Shown one piece after another: positions 1 through 11,200 of a DNA stretch of 64,000 bases. The notes beneath the pieces are model-generated. The model had not been told where the DNA came from and made no database searches. It saw only the letters and a list, made by a program, of their open reading frames with translations. This DNA is from Amphiscolops sp. MND2022 (Eukaryota). The stretch spans positions 930,001 through 994,000 of the forward strand of contig OZ076409.1 of assembly GCA_964187785.1 (NCBI GenBank). Reading direction: 5' to 3'. The number at the start of each line of letters is the position of its first letter. The stretch's first letter is position 1. The position numbers and the translations under genes were made by a program.

Positions 1-2
1 AG

Positions 3-170
3 AGAAGAACTTACTTCCTAAGTACGAACTTTCATCAAGAAAACAGCCTCTAGTAGTAGAGAAGAAATCACTCCATTTATCAACGGTTGAGAACGCCAAG
101 TCATTCTCTTCTCTACTACTAGAAGCTGCTTTCTCGGTATGAGTTCGTACTAAGGATGTAAGTTCTTCTA
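3..170. repeat. Imperfect ~70-bp inverted repeat (long hairpin, MITE-like)
   Basis: Arm 3-72 (agaagaacttacttcctaagtacgaac...ctagtagtagagaagaaatcact) is the approximate reverse complement of arm ~99-170, with a ~25-nt loop. Confidence 0.75.
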
Positions 171-2380
171 TTTGTCAGTTCAAGTCATTGAAGCGTTGCT
201 CGATTCGAACCTTTTCATGATCTCTCTCACAATCAATCATTTGTTGATCATTGTTTCTGGCAATTAAGTTTTGCGAATCCAGGCAAACTGATGTCACCGA
301 CTTTATCGCTATATTCATCCATATTAGTAAAATTAGCTTGGTTGTTGCTAGCACTATGAGCTCTGGTGATCACGATTTGGAAAGTTATCTGAGTTTAAAT
401 ATTGAAATATTGAATTGATGAAACAAAGATGGTTTTGAAGGAAAGTGTTTATGTATAGTAGTGTAACTGTTTTGAAATCAAAGATGAATACTGAGAACGT
501 CTGTACGTGTTGCAATCCAAAAATCGTACTGAATTTCATTCGTACCTTTTGCGGTACTCACTCCTAATTATGCTTCGTTAGTTATCTGCTTTATGATTGG
601 TCGTTACATCAGGTGTTAATAACAGCGCAATTACAACTGCACGTTAAAGTTGTCAATAACCAACATATACATGCACATATATGTTTATTTGCGCCTGCTA
701 CAAACTAATTTGAGTAATTAGTTATCGATTTGCACTGCATTGTGGTAATAACACTAAATTATTGCAACTTCTAACCACGGTTGAGGTAATTTTACAATGA
801 TGAACGATTTTTTCTAAATGTATACTAAGCGACGCTTCAAGTACAATTGATGACCAACGACAATAGTCGTTGTTTTGTATTTCGATGCTTTCACAGTAAT
901 GAGTATTAAAACTACTCAATTGTAGAATTCGATGTTTCTTGACAAAAAATATGAACTGTGTTGGTTTTCATGAAACTGTTTGAATACTTGGCGACCGGTT
1001 AAGCCAGTCGTCTTGTCCTTCTTCTAATTGTTCCATGAATATTGATGAAATAAATGGTTGAGTTTTTGAGTTTGTGACGAGTGGAGGTAGTAGTCGTTCG
1101 TTCTATTCATGCTTTCGGGCATGACATAATGGGAGTGATAAATGGTACCATTTCGATACTCTCAACCTCAGGTTTACGCAACAAACGAACGGGCCTTATC
1201 TATCCCTCTCATAACCGTTTCTACTCAAACCCTTTCCTCTCAAAAACAGCTGAAAGAAGAAAACTCCATTATAGTCGAACACCTACACAGAACTTTCTAT
1301 TACACCTGTCTTCAGTGGCTAAAAATTCACATCAGTCATTTTGTAATAATTGAGGAAAAATTCTAGAGATGTTGAAAAATAAGAATTTACATGGAAAAGC
1401 ACGAGATTTAGTGCCATCGATGGATCTATAGTATTCGCAGCAGCCTTACTTTGCTGAGAATAAAAACCTTTTCTGTTCAATTGCACTTTCCAGTGTTGAC
1501 TCTGCGGGCTGTAGAAAACAACAAAAAGCAGCAATTAATACAGTTGAGAGCTTAAAGTTTGCAACAGTAGTCCGCTGGATGATCAAAGCACCAATTCCCT
1601 CTTCGCACAGACCATTATAAAGTGTTGGAAAATTACTTCCTTCAACTTGAACTTTATTTTCTGTGAGCGTCTGGTGTGGAAATTGAATACGTTAACACCA
1701 ACAGCAGTTCTTACCACTTAGCTTGGACTCGTTTGCTTTTAACTTTCCTCTAATTGCTCAAAATTTCGAACTTCTGAAGTTTTTTGAAGCTCCAATTTTG
1801 CTACCTTTAAAGGAATGCATATGTGTTAATGTTTTCCTTATGCATAGTTATAACCACAGTCTTTATTCAATCGAAATTTGTTATGTATTTACATGCCGCG
1901 GGCCTGCGGCCAATGTGTATTGCTTATTTCGAAAAAAAATAGAAAATTCAGAGACCTTGCTGTGAAAGATCTTGTAAAACTTCCCTGCATCTTGGAAAAT
2001 CCTGTCAGCATCTCACTGTTTTTTTGAAAAATGTCCCTTCAGCTTGTAAAGTCTTTGGAAAAAACGATTGGCTACTAATGGAAATAATGACGATGCAAGC
2101 ATAGACTATTTTTGGAGAAAAATCGATTCAGCGTTGAAAAAAAAACGGGAAAACGCTGATTGTGCTCATTTATCGTTTTTCTGCTGTAATTTCGTCGTAA
2201 ATGCAAGGAAAAAAGATGCGAAGTAGTGGGAAAACAGCCGTGGGATGCCAACTGCAGATAAAAGTTGCAGATAAAGTAAGAAAAGGGAGGCTGTTGCGGT
2301 TATGGTGTTACATGTACTTCCGAATTGGATGCATTCAGTATTGAAGGGGGTGATTTTTTTCAGAAGGTGATTTTTTTCAG

Positions 2381-2481
2381 GTGATCAAAGTGACGGTGGG
2401 AGTGTTTCTGGTCTTCACCATCTGCTGGCTACCCCTCAGACTGTACCAGGCCATCAAAATCATGTACCCCCCAATCACCAG
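2381..2481 (+). CDS. Exon of a class A (rhodopsin-like) GPCR, TM6; tachykinin/neuropeptide-receptor-like
   Basis: Acceptor tttttttcAG, donor GTAAAT. Translates VIKVTVGVFLVFTICWLPLRLYQAIKIMYPPIT, with the TM6 CWxP motif. Ends in phase 2 (AG). Confidence 0.85.
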
Positions 2482-2982
2482 GTAAATATTGCACCCAACA
2501 GCCCCACCCCCCACGCCAGCTGCTAGTCATCAAAAACAGTCACATGTTCCTCAATAGGCGAAGCAAAAAAATCCATGCAGGTACTTTTACTCGCGTTTAA
2601 TCATTCGATAACTGCGTTTACTTATTCCTAGAGAATGAAATTCTTTATTAGTTAATGATTAAACGTAAGCAAAAGTAACTGTATGGATCTTTTTGCTTAA
2701 GATGCTTCTCTTGATCTTAAGAGCTTCTCCAATTGGGGATAGTCAGAGAAAATTGCAAGTTTCATTGCGGCATTTTTGTTGCACATTTCAAAGTCCCACT
2801 GAATTCCAAGATTCTTGAGAAAAATTCATCATGTTTTTTATACAGCGCTCTAGTTTTTCATACCATCCAGTGAGTTTTTAATAGTAAACTACAGTTAAAT
2901 TGCAAACAAAACAAAAATCCTGGCAATTTGCAAATAAGGAAACGTGATATCACTAATCATAGATTTGACGCTAATCGCTAAT

Positions 2983-4797
2983 TGTCATGCCAGCATGATG
3001 GAAATATAATCTACTAAATATCTGTAATGTAAATAATATGTCTTATGTACTTAGATATGGGCAATATGATGTCATATAATAAGATCTATGGTTGTGAGCA
3101 ACCCTACGTTACTTGTACCTAACCCCCCATTCCCCATTGAGATTTTGAGCTATTTACTTATCTAAATACTGAGCATTCTAGTTCCGTTTGTCCGCAATTC
3201 ATGATCGTGCTAATAAGCAAATGATGCTATTTTATATTTAATAGCTTGTCACGAGAAAGGAAAGTAGTCTCTCGGTCAAACTGGACCGCCATAACGAATA
3301 GACAAGATGGATACTCGCTAGGGAACTCCTGCCTCAGAGGAAACTAGCGTGACAAGCCTCCTCTCTTTGGAATACATGAAACGATGAAATAAAGATGCTA
3401 TTAGTGCTAGAACTCGTGATTTGATTCAATCTAACTGGTTTCATCCATATTACATCGCTCAAACACGACCAGAACACCAAAAACGAGAGAATTGAAAAGA
3501 CGATGTAAAAGCGATGAAGCTACTTGATTGAATACTTGTGACCACATGTTTCATCGTTTATGCATCACTCACGCTTCTAAGCCCTGAAGAACAGTGCTAA
3601 ACTAGCGAACGATGGAAAAGCGATGGAAATCTTTCATCGTTTTCTCATCTACAGCTAAAATCACGCTTCTAGACCTGACTACAGTGCTGAACGGCGAACG
3701 ATGGAAAAGCGATGGAAATCTTTCATCGCTTTCCCATCTATAGCAAAAATCATCTTTTAACGATGATAAAGTGATGTAACTACTCCAGAATTATATTCAG
3801 TGCTCTCCCCGTAACTCAGTTCATCGTTTTCACATCTAGTTGATCACTTCAACACTAGAGCGAAGCTCATTCATCATTTCTGCATCCACAGACATACAAA
3901 CAGAATCAACTAGTGAAAACGATGTCTAAACGACAAAACTTGTTATAACTTGCATTTTAATCAGTTCAACGATGAATAAACGACAAAACTTGTCATAATT
4001 TGCCTTTTATCGATTCAGTGCTAGCAAATCATCATTTATACATCCCCGTGCCTCCGAATTTGAACTCTATCCATTTTAGACACTAATTTAGCGCAATTGC
4101 AGTAACTATCATGACTCAGAGAACGCCTGCTGACATTAGTTCATTATAAATTCATGATAATTGATTTGAATTGTGTTATTGCGCAATTGCTAATTGGTAG
4201 CCCTCTTGCGGCATGCAAAACAACCGGTCACGTGACCAAGTGCTAATTAGCACTCACCCGACATCCAATGAGAAGGAAGCGATGGTAAGAATTGCGTCTT
4301 ACCATCGATCTGGTGAGAAGGCTACCAACTAAGACACACGATTTGCTATACCAGCACGATACACTTACATTCTCTGTTAGTTCTACAACACGTATAAAAT
4401 TGCCTTAGTCTTACTACATACTCTCATAATTCAACTCTTATCCGACATTCCTGTTTTTCATTGCTCATGAGTGTCGAATCTACTAAAACACTTCGAAACG
4501 GAAAAGTATTATCTAATTCTTTACCAGAAACTTCCTCGATCGACGCGAATAATATTCCCAATATTAACATGGAATCCTCAAATAATTTCTCAGAAGGGAT
4601 AAGCCGATCGGGTAGGAATTCGCCGACGAACGAAGATCATACTCAAGCGGCGAACGAAGAAAGATTTAATCGTCTGCAAGACGAAATGTCGATACTGAAG
4701 TCTCTGATGGAAAAGATCATCAGTCAAAACGAGGAACGAAACAAGCAAAACGGTGGTTCCTTTGCGACGTCGTCTTACGCCGTAGGGACCTCCAACA
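2983..4797 (+). repeat. 5' LTR (1815 bp)
   Basis: Begins TGTCATGCCAGC, ends GACCTCCAACA. Nearly identical to 17449-19263 (about 14 substitutions counted by eye). Contains an ~90-bp tandem duplication at ~3570-3750. Confidence 0.97.
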
Positions 4798-5948
4798 TGG
4801 TGACAGGAGTCAACAGGACTCACAGAAATCAACGACATCATTTCCAAGACGAAGAAGACGAAGACGACTACGAAGACGCACCCAGCAACACTACGGAATC
4901 TGCACTGCTCAACGCCATCCAGGATCTGCCTCGAAAATTGCAGAAAACCAACACAAAACTTCTTCAAACTCACGTGCCAAATTTCCGCGGATCAAAAGAC
5001 AAATACAACGAGTTCGAACACTTACTACTCAATCATTTCCGCCCCATCGCCAATAAAATCACGGAAGAAGATAAAATCCACTTCTTCCAGAGCTTACTTC
5101 GAGACGAGGCCATCGATTTTTGGCAAACTATCACTATAAGCTCAACAACGACACTGCAAGATGTCCTCCAACTATTCCGAAAAGAATTCGCAAAAGAAGA
5201 CATGAGGGAAGTTGCCAGATACAAATGGAACGAAGCCAAATACGACCCAACCACTCAATCATTCGGAGACTTTCTAAAAGACCTTAAGAAAATCGCCAAA
5301 CAAGCCTATGGCGACGAAGCTGATAAATGTATCAAGATGTTCCTTTTCGGAAAATTACCCGTAGACATCCAACAAGAGCTGACGATGGCTAATAAAGAAG
5401 ACAGCAGCCCTGAAGAGATAAAAACATACCTCCTCCGAAAATACCAATACCAAAACGTTATACAACAATCAACTTCGACATACCAGCCGTTCAACCAGAT
5501 GTCCGATAACAGCACCAAAAAAGAATTCACCCGATCTGACCAATCCCAATCCAAAACCGAGAACAAACAAAAAGGCAAATGTTTCTACTGCGGGAAACAA
5601 GGACATAGAAAACAAGAATGCCGAGGACGACAACGAGATGAGGCTAATGGCACAACCAAACCAGACGCCATACAACCAGCCAAACGACAAGACGACGACA
5701 AACCGAAATACAATCCAAAACTCGTTTGTCAGATTTGCGGATACACCGGACATTCCGCTAGAGATTGCCGAAAACGAATTCCCAAACAAACCAGCACTCC
5801 ATATGGACAACTCCCATACAAACGAACTGACGACCAGGAAAACAAAGAAAGACGACGTGAATTAAAACAACAACAACGCCCAATGAACCAACTGGAAATC
5901 CAAGATGACAACGCAGACCTGTCCTCAGAAGAACAGGATTTTCAGTAA
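4467..5948 (+). CDS. gag: Gag with two CCHC zinc knuckles
   Basis: ORF 4461-5948, first ATG at 4467. Capsid-like core (VPNFRGSKDKYNEFEHLL...LLRDEAIDFW); knuckles CFYCGKQGHRKQEC and CQICGYTGHSARDC. Confidence 0.93.
   Translation: MSVESTKTLRNGKVLSNSLPETSSIDANNIPNINMESSNNFSEGISRSGRNSPTNEDHTQAANEERFNRLQDEMSILKSLMEKIISQNEERNKQNGGSFATSSYAVGTSNMVTGVNRTHRNQRHHFQDEEDEDDYEDAPSNTTESALLNAIQDLPRKLQKTNTKLLQTHVPNFRGSKDKYNEFEHLLLNHFRPIANKITEEDKIHFFQSLLRDEAIDFWQTITISSTTTLQDVLQLFRKEFAKEDMREVARYKWNEAKYDPTTQSFGDFLKDLKKIAKQAYGDEADKCIKMFLFGKLPVDIQQELTMANKEDSSPEEIKTYLLRKYQYQNVIQQSTSTYQPFNQMSDNSTKKEFTRSDQSQSKTENKQKGKCFYCGKQGHRKQECRGRQRDEANGTTKPDAIQPAKRQDDDKPKYNPKLVCQICGYTGHSARDCRKRIPKQTSTPYGQLPYKRTDDQENKERRRELKQQQRPMNQLEIQDDNADLSSEEQDFQ
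4798..4810 (+). promoter_or_regulatory. Primer binding site (tRNA-Leu-like)
   Basis: TGGTGACAGGAGT directly after the LTR-terminal CA. TGG pairs with tRNA CCA, and the rest resembles the complement of tRNA-Leu 3' ends (recalled, not searched). Confidence 0.7.
5936..5942 (+). other. Putative -1 ribosomal frameshift slippery site G_GAT_TTT at the gag/pol junction
   Basis: GGATTTT lies just before the gag stop. The -1 frame is open from here to the protease ORF at 6125. Confidence 0.65.
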
Positions 5949-7282
5949 AGCCACAATTTCACTCCGCGAACAACCAACGTGCGCACCCATACTCTGACTC
6001 AACAACTCACTCTACTCGACAAACTCAACACAATCGTCTTCAGAGGTCTTGGCAGCCCTCTGGTGATTCCCGCAAAGCAGACGAAGTCTATCTGCGAAGA
6101 CACAAACAACCCGATGAACAACCGATGAAGTCGATGAAAACCAACAACAGGTTCACTCCATTGGAAAATTCACACGATGAGCAAACGATGAACTGGCATA
6201 ACGACGCATTGAGGCCTGCGCACGATGCCAAAGAGATGTCCCCACATCTACAATCAACAGACCGACTCTCAACCGATGACAAATCGACAAAACGAATTAG
6301 TAGTAAAACACATGCAAACGACAAGAATAGTATTCCAAAAACTAAAAAACATGCAACCAATAACCAATTTCACGTGCTTAGTCCCACTTTACATTTAAAT
6401 AAAAAGGATAAGATGTTGTTTGTCCCCCTCCAGTTTAACAATTACGAGAACCAAGGTCTTTTAGACACCGGAGCAGTGCAAAGCGCACTCTCAGAAGCGG
6501 AATTACGCAAAATCACCTCTGCTCATCCTGAAGCAGTGCTAGACGAACTACCACCCCCTAACTTTAAAGTTCAGATAGCCAACGGCAATCTAGTCCCAAT
6601 TCGAAAACAAGTTCTTTTGCGCTTTTTCATAGCAGGAAAAGTCTTTGAAGAAGTCTTTTTAGTCCTCCCCACGATGGGAACGATACTGATTGGCATGTCG
6701 TTTTTTGAAAAATACTCTGTCAACCTGGACATTAAAAATCACCTAGTCCATTTCCCTAATCACATGATGTCAATGCAAGTGAGACAACAGACGAATAAGA
6801 AGTTCAAAACTGGGTTAATTGATTTGTATTCCAGCTGCAGAACAATCATCCCTCCCCGCCATCAAGTACTGATTGAGGTCCACAGTGACGCGGACATCTC
6901 ACGTACAACTGGCACGGTCGAAGGGACTCCAGCATTCATGCGCAAGACGTGCCTCTTGGTGTCTCCAGCAGTGGTTGACCTAGACGATGGAAAAACGATG
7001 ATTCAGGTCACCAACCCCAATGAGCACGTGTACACACTCGAGGCCAACACGAACCTGGCCAATTTCAGAATACCAACGCCCCATCAAGCAGCCAACATAA
7101 CGCCGATGCCAGTAGAGCACTTGAAGTTGATCACAGACCACCCCGAGGATGCAGCAGCCGTGATCAATCAACTTTTTGTGAATCCGGAGATGAAGTCTAC
7201 AAAATGGTACCCGACGCCAGAGACGTGTAGTGAGCCAGACAAACTCAACCAGATCGAAAGACTCAAATTTCATTTTCGATGA
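5936..7282 (+). CDS. pol: Pol N-terminal part: aspartic protease plus beta-rich linker
   Basis: LLDTGA protease motif and ILIGMSFF. Separated from the RT frame by a frameshift near 7260-7275. Confidence 0.88.
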   Translation, partial: GFSVKPQFHSANNQRAHPYSDSTTHSTRQTQHNRLQRSWQPSGDSRKADEVYLRRHKQPDEQPMKSMKTNNRFTPLENSHDEQTMNWHNDALRPAHDAKEMSPHLQSTDRLSTDDKSTKRISSKTHANDKNSIPKTKKHATNNQFHVLSPTLHLNKKDKMLFVPLQFNNYENQGLLDTGAVQSALSEAELRKITSAHPEAVLDELPPPNFKVQIANGNLVPIRKQVLLRFFIAGKVFEEVFLVLPTMGTILIGMSFFEKYSVNLDIKNHLVHFPNHMMSMQVRQQTNKKFKTGLIDLYSSCRTIIPPRHQVLIEVHSDADISRTTGTVEGTPAFMRKTCLLVSPAVVDLDDGKTMIQVTNPNEHVYTLEANTNLANFRIPTPHQAANITPMPVEHLKLITDHPEDAAAVINQLFVNPEMKSTKWYPTPETCSEPDKLNQIERLKFHFR

Positions 7283-10200
7283 GATTGTGGCTCTCAGAGA
7301 ACTGGAGAAGCTCGATCCCGCCCGCTCCCATGACGAACGAGTCAAGTTCCTGCAGAACTTCAAGTGGGACGAATCGCTTCTCTCTCCGTCTCAACAAGCT
7401 CAGGTAGAGGAGTTGCTGGTAAAGTACAACTCCATTTTTGCTAGACATCGTTTAGACATCGGCATGAATACTGATTTTAAGGTAAAACTAACTCCCCAGC
7501 ATGAAGAACCAGTTTACTCTCAAAGTCTCCCTACTCCCACTAACCTAAAAGATGACTTGCTTGTAGAATTAGCGTTAATGCAGGAGTACGGGATTATAAC
7601 TACTCTTCCTTGCAGCAAATACTCTTCACCGATATTTGCACAACATAAACCGAATGGTAAACTAAGGATTTTAGTTGACTTGCGGAGAATCAACCACCTG
7701 ATCAAGAACGATTACGGAGAACATAACCACCCCGTTACAACTGTTGCAGACGCTGCTCAGCATATGGCCGGGAAAAAATACTTCTGTAAACTAGATTGTT
7801 CCCAGGCCTACCATTGCATTCCAATGGCCGATGAGCAGTCGATACAACTTTTGTCTTTTAATTTTGGATCACGTACCTTTGCCTTTCTTAGGCTAGCTCA
7901 AGGTCTTAACCGTTCTCTTTCAGCCTTCACGAGCGTAGTCCGTGAGTACTTGGACCCCTTGGTCAAAGCGGACCGCTGTGCCCAGTATGTTGACGACATA
8001 GGCATAGCAGCAAACACGCCTGATGAATTGATTGAAAATTTAGAACTTGTTTTTCAGCAGTTGACCAAAGCTGGATTGAAACTCAGCATGAATAAATGTG
8101 AATTTGGCCAACAGCAAATTGAATACCTTGGCAAATCTATTTCTAGCACCGGAATAGCACCCATCGAAAAACGAATAACAGATTATTTGAAAAAGCTCAA
8201 ACCACCCAATTCAGTTAAAGCTCTCCAACGGTACTTAGGATTTGTCAACTTTTACAGGTCCTATATTCCCCGGTTGGCCGACAAAACAGCCGTTTTTCAC
8301 GAGTTAATCAAAAAAGACACCATTTTTAAATTAGAACAACGCCACAAAGATGTAATTTTTGACATCAACGAAAGTTTACTCAAGGCTACTAAACTGTCAT
8401 TGAAACTTCCCCTCCCGGACAAACAACTAGTAATCATGTGTGACGCGAGTGAGCATGCAGCAGGTTATGTCCTTCTGATAGAAGACTACTCTGAAACACA
8501 ATCGGGTAGCTTAAAGAAGTACGCGCCAGTTGCCTCTGGCTCTAAGAAATTTCAGGGTGGACAGATGTCATTAACAATGTACGCCAAAGAGTTTTTGGCT
8601 ATGCATTTCGCATTCGATGAGTTCGGTCACAATCTGTGGGGTTCGAAGAAGCCTATAATTGTAATGACAGATAATAAAGCACTCACCCGTTTCTTTCAGG
8701 CCAAACACATACCACCGTCACTTTGGAATTTTTGCGACCAGACACTCCAATTTAATTTTATTTTAGCACATGTACCAGGTATCGAGAATCCCGCGGCGGA
8801 TTACCTATCCAGATTGGAAATTAGACCTGAAGAACGTGTTCATTTAAAATTAACTGATTCCATTCCAGTCCATTACATAGAGATCGACATTGCCTCGAAG
8901 ACGCCAAAGCAGGAGGACGATGAACCAGACTACTTCCCTCCAAGCGAACCACTGAGACAGAGGAAGTCACACAATGTAAAAACGATGAAAGTGACCAACC
9001 CTGAGACACTGATGCTCGACGATGGCAAACCGATGAAAACAGTTGACGTGGAGACGACGACAATTAATGACGATGACAAAACGATGAATTGTGTAAAATC
9101 AGCACCACAGGCCTCTGAGAACGACCACACAAGCTGCCCTCAGATCTACCGACTCATGACTGATGATCAATCACCAGTGTACACAAAATTCATCATTAAA
9201 ACATCGTTACTAAACCCAGTAACGAAGGAGGTTAGCCCCTCCGGGGGAGTCGATCTAATTTTAGCTCAAAAAACAAATAGCGACATACAACTGATGTTAA
9301 AAATTTTGTCTGGAGAAACTACCTTGAACCACTCTGTAAACTTGATGTCAATTTTTTTCCAAAAACTTCACAAAATTCGAAAACGCCTTGAAAATGTAAA
9401 CGGAGTCCTGTACCGTATCTTTTATGACCATACAGGCCTTGAGTCCCATAAACAAATTGTTGTACCTGAACAAGTGATGTTAGAAATAATCAGGTTTTTC
9501 CACAACAACCCCGTGCAGGGACACCCTGGTTCTAAAAAGATGCTACATGAACTACGAAAACGCTACTACTCTCCCAGTTTAGCCGAAAAAACACAAAAAA
9601 TTCTAGAAAGTTGTGAAAATTGCATGCGATCAAAATCTACGAATGAATCAAACCTACGCCCGCCGTTGCAGAAGATATACGATCCGTGTAACGGCCCTAC
9701 TGACCTTCTGGAGATAGATATAGTTGGACCACTGCCCGCTTCGAACGGCTTTACCCACATTTTGACCGCAATCGACGTATTTTCGCGTTATATGTTTGCC
9801 GTACCACTGCGTAAACCTGACACAAAGTCTGTTATCAACGCCCTTCTGTCGGTATTCGCCAAACACGCATACGTTCCAACACACATCCTCACAGATAAAG
9901 GATCCGTTTTCACCGCTGAACTGTTGGAACAACTCATAAAAACCGCCGGCATTGAAATCTCCCATGCAACGATAAAACATGCACAAACTATAGGCATGGT
10001 CGAGAGAAGTCATGCAAAACTTAAAAAGATTTTAAAAATACATGTAAATGTAGACAGACCACAATGGGACCGCTATGTCGACATAGCAATCATGGCCCAC
10101 AACACCACGTACCACGCTTCTCTGAAATGTTCACCAACTGAGATCTTTCACGGACGCACTCCATACAACGCTTTGGACCTAAAATACTCTAACCCTGAAA

Positions 10201-11105
10201 GAAGAGTCGACACCAAATTTGGAGACGTCAACGAAATCTTAGACCGCATGAACGAAATTTACCGCGACAACACCGACAACATAGTAGCTGCGTACCACAA
10301 GTACAAAGCTTACTATGACAGAAAAGCCAAAGCCCAACCTCTCAAGGTAAACGACTTTGTTTTCCTACTTGACCCCAAATACGACTCTCAGGGTTGTAAA
10401 GAAGAGTTCAAGACCTTCCACTGGAAGGGTCCGTTCAAAGTGATGAAAGTGCTATCCGACAGTAACTACATCCTTCGGAAAGTAGGAACGTTCAAGACAC
10501 AATGCGTTCATCGCATACGATTGAAAATTTTCAAACCAGAATTCCCTGTAAAAGACGTAGACATTGGTAACCAGCCAGTATACGCTGACACGGATCGCAC
10601 TGAAGACTCTGATATTTTCGACTCGCACGTACCGAGACAACCTGAAACAACCTCGGAACCGGATGAACCAGAAACTGATGAAGAAACACCAGTTGACAGA
10701 GTCATTCGACTAAATTCTCCAGATTACAGACAGGCACTCAGACGCGACAGACCGCTAAATCGACTACCGAACCGACTGTCGTTAACACCACAACCGGAAA
10801 TAATCATCGACGACCCACCTCAAAAAGGCCCACAGGTGCAGTTCAATGAAAACGATGAGATAATTCCACAAGATATCACTGAAGACACATCAAAACCGCC
10901 AAAACCATTAAAAATACCTACCAACACCGAGACACCCCAACAGGTGAACAATGACGAAACGCCAAATCTGATAGCAACAAGGACAAATAAAAGCAAATAT
11001 AGTCTACGCGAAAATCCTCAACCGAAACGCTACTCAGACTTCCTAATTCACGAAATCTCAACTGCTCGAAACGCTCTACGTAAAACAAACACTGTTCTGC
11101 AGTAA
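7230..11105 (+). CDS. pol: Pol: reverse transcriptase, RNase H, integrase
   Basis: RT LRILVDLRRIN / KLDCSQAYH / YVDD; RNase H CDAS...TDNKAL...ADYLSR; integrase H-H-C-C (HNNPVQGH...CENC), IDIVGP / TDKGSVF / VERSH DDE core, GPF motif. Confidence 0.96.
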   Translation: MSQTNSTRSKDSNFIFDEIVALRELEKLDPARSHDERVKFLQNFKWDESLLSPSQQAQVEELLVKYNSIFARHRLDIGMNTDFKVKLTPQHEEPVYSQSLPTPTNLKDDLLVELALMQEYGIITTLPCSKYSSPIFAQHKPNGKLRILVDLRRINHLIKNDYGEHNHPVTTVADAAQHMAGKKYFCKLDCSQAYHCIPMADEQSIQLLSFNFGSRTFAFLRLAQGLNRSLSAFTSVVREYLDPLVKADRCAQYVDDIGIAANTPDELIENLELVFQQLTKAGLKLSMNKCEFGQQQIEYLGKSISSTGIAPIEKRITDYLKKLKPPNSVKALQRYLGFVNFYRSYIPRLADKTAVFHELIKKDTIFKLEQRHKDVIFDINESLLKATKLSLKLPLPDKQLVIMCDASEHAAGYVLLIEDYSETQSGSLKKYAPVASGSKKFQGGQMSLTMYAKEFLAMHFAFDEFGHNLWGSKKPIIVMTDNKALTRFFQAKHIPPSLWNFCDQTLQFNFILAHVPGIENPAADYLSRLEIRPEERVHLKLTDSIPVHYIEIDIASKTPKQEDDEPDYFPPSEPLRQRKSHNVKTMKVTNPETLMLDDGKPMKTVDVETTTINDDDKTMNCVKSAPQASENDHTSCPQIYRLMTDDQSPVYTKFIIKTSLLNPVTKEVSPSGGVDLILAQKTNSDIQLMLKILSGETTLNHSVNLMSIFFQKLHKIRKRLENVNGVLYRIFYDHTGLESHKQIVVPEQVMLEIIRFFHNNPVQGHPGSKKMLHELRKRYYSPSLAEKTQKILESCENCMRSKSTNESNLRPPLQKIYDPCNGPTDLLEIDIVGPLPASNGFTHILTAIDVFSRYMFAVPLRKPDTKSVINALLSVFAKHAYVPTHILTDKGSVFTAELLEQLIKTAGIEISHATIKHAQTIGMVERSHAKLKKILKIHVNVDRPQWDRYVDIAIMAHNTTYHASLKCSPTEIFHGRTPYNALDLKYSNPERRVDTKFGDVNEILDRMNEIYRDNTDNIVAAYHKYKAYYDRKAKAQPLKVNDFVFLLDPKYDSQGCKEEFKTFHWKGPFKVMKVLSDSNYILRKVGTFKTQCVHRIRLKIFKPEFPVKDVDIGNQPVYADTDRTEDSDIFDSHVPRQPETTSEPDEPETDEETPVDRVIRLNSPDYRQALRRDRPLNRLPNRLSLTPQPEIIIDDPPQKGPQVQFNENDEIIPQDITEDTSKPPKPLKIPTNTETPQQVNNDETPNLIATRTNKSKYSLRENPQPKRYSDFLIHEISTARNALRKTNTVLQ

Positions 11106-11200
11106 GTAGAAAACGGCAGAAAACATGTAAAAGACGATCTCACATCAAATCGATGGTTAAATAACACTCCATCGTGAAGAAACAGTAACATTACGAAAAA

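Noticed and set aside
170..1960. Possible decayed transposase on the minus strand
   Set aside because: Coding-like texture but no motif I could assign.
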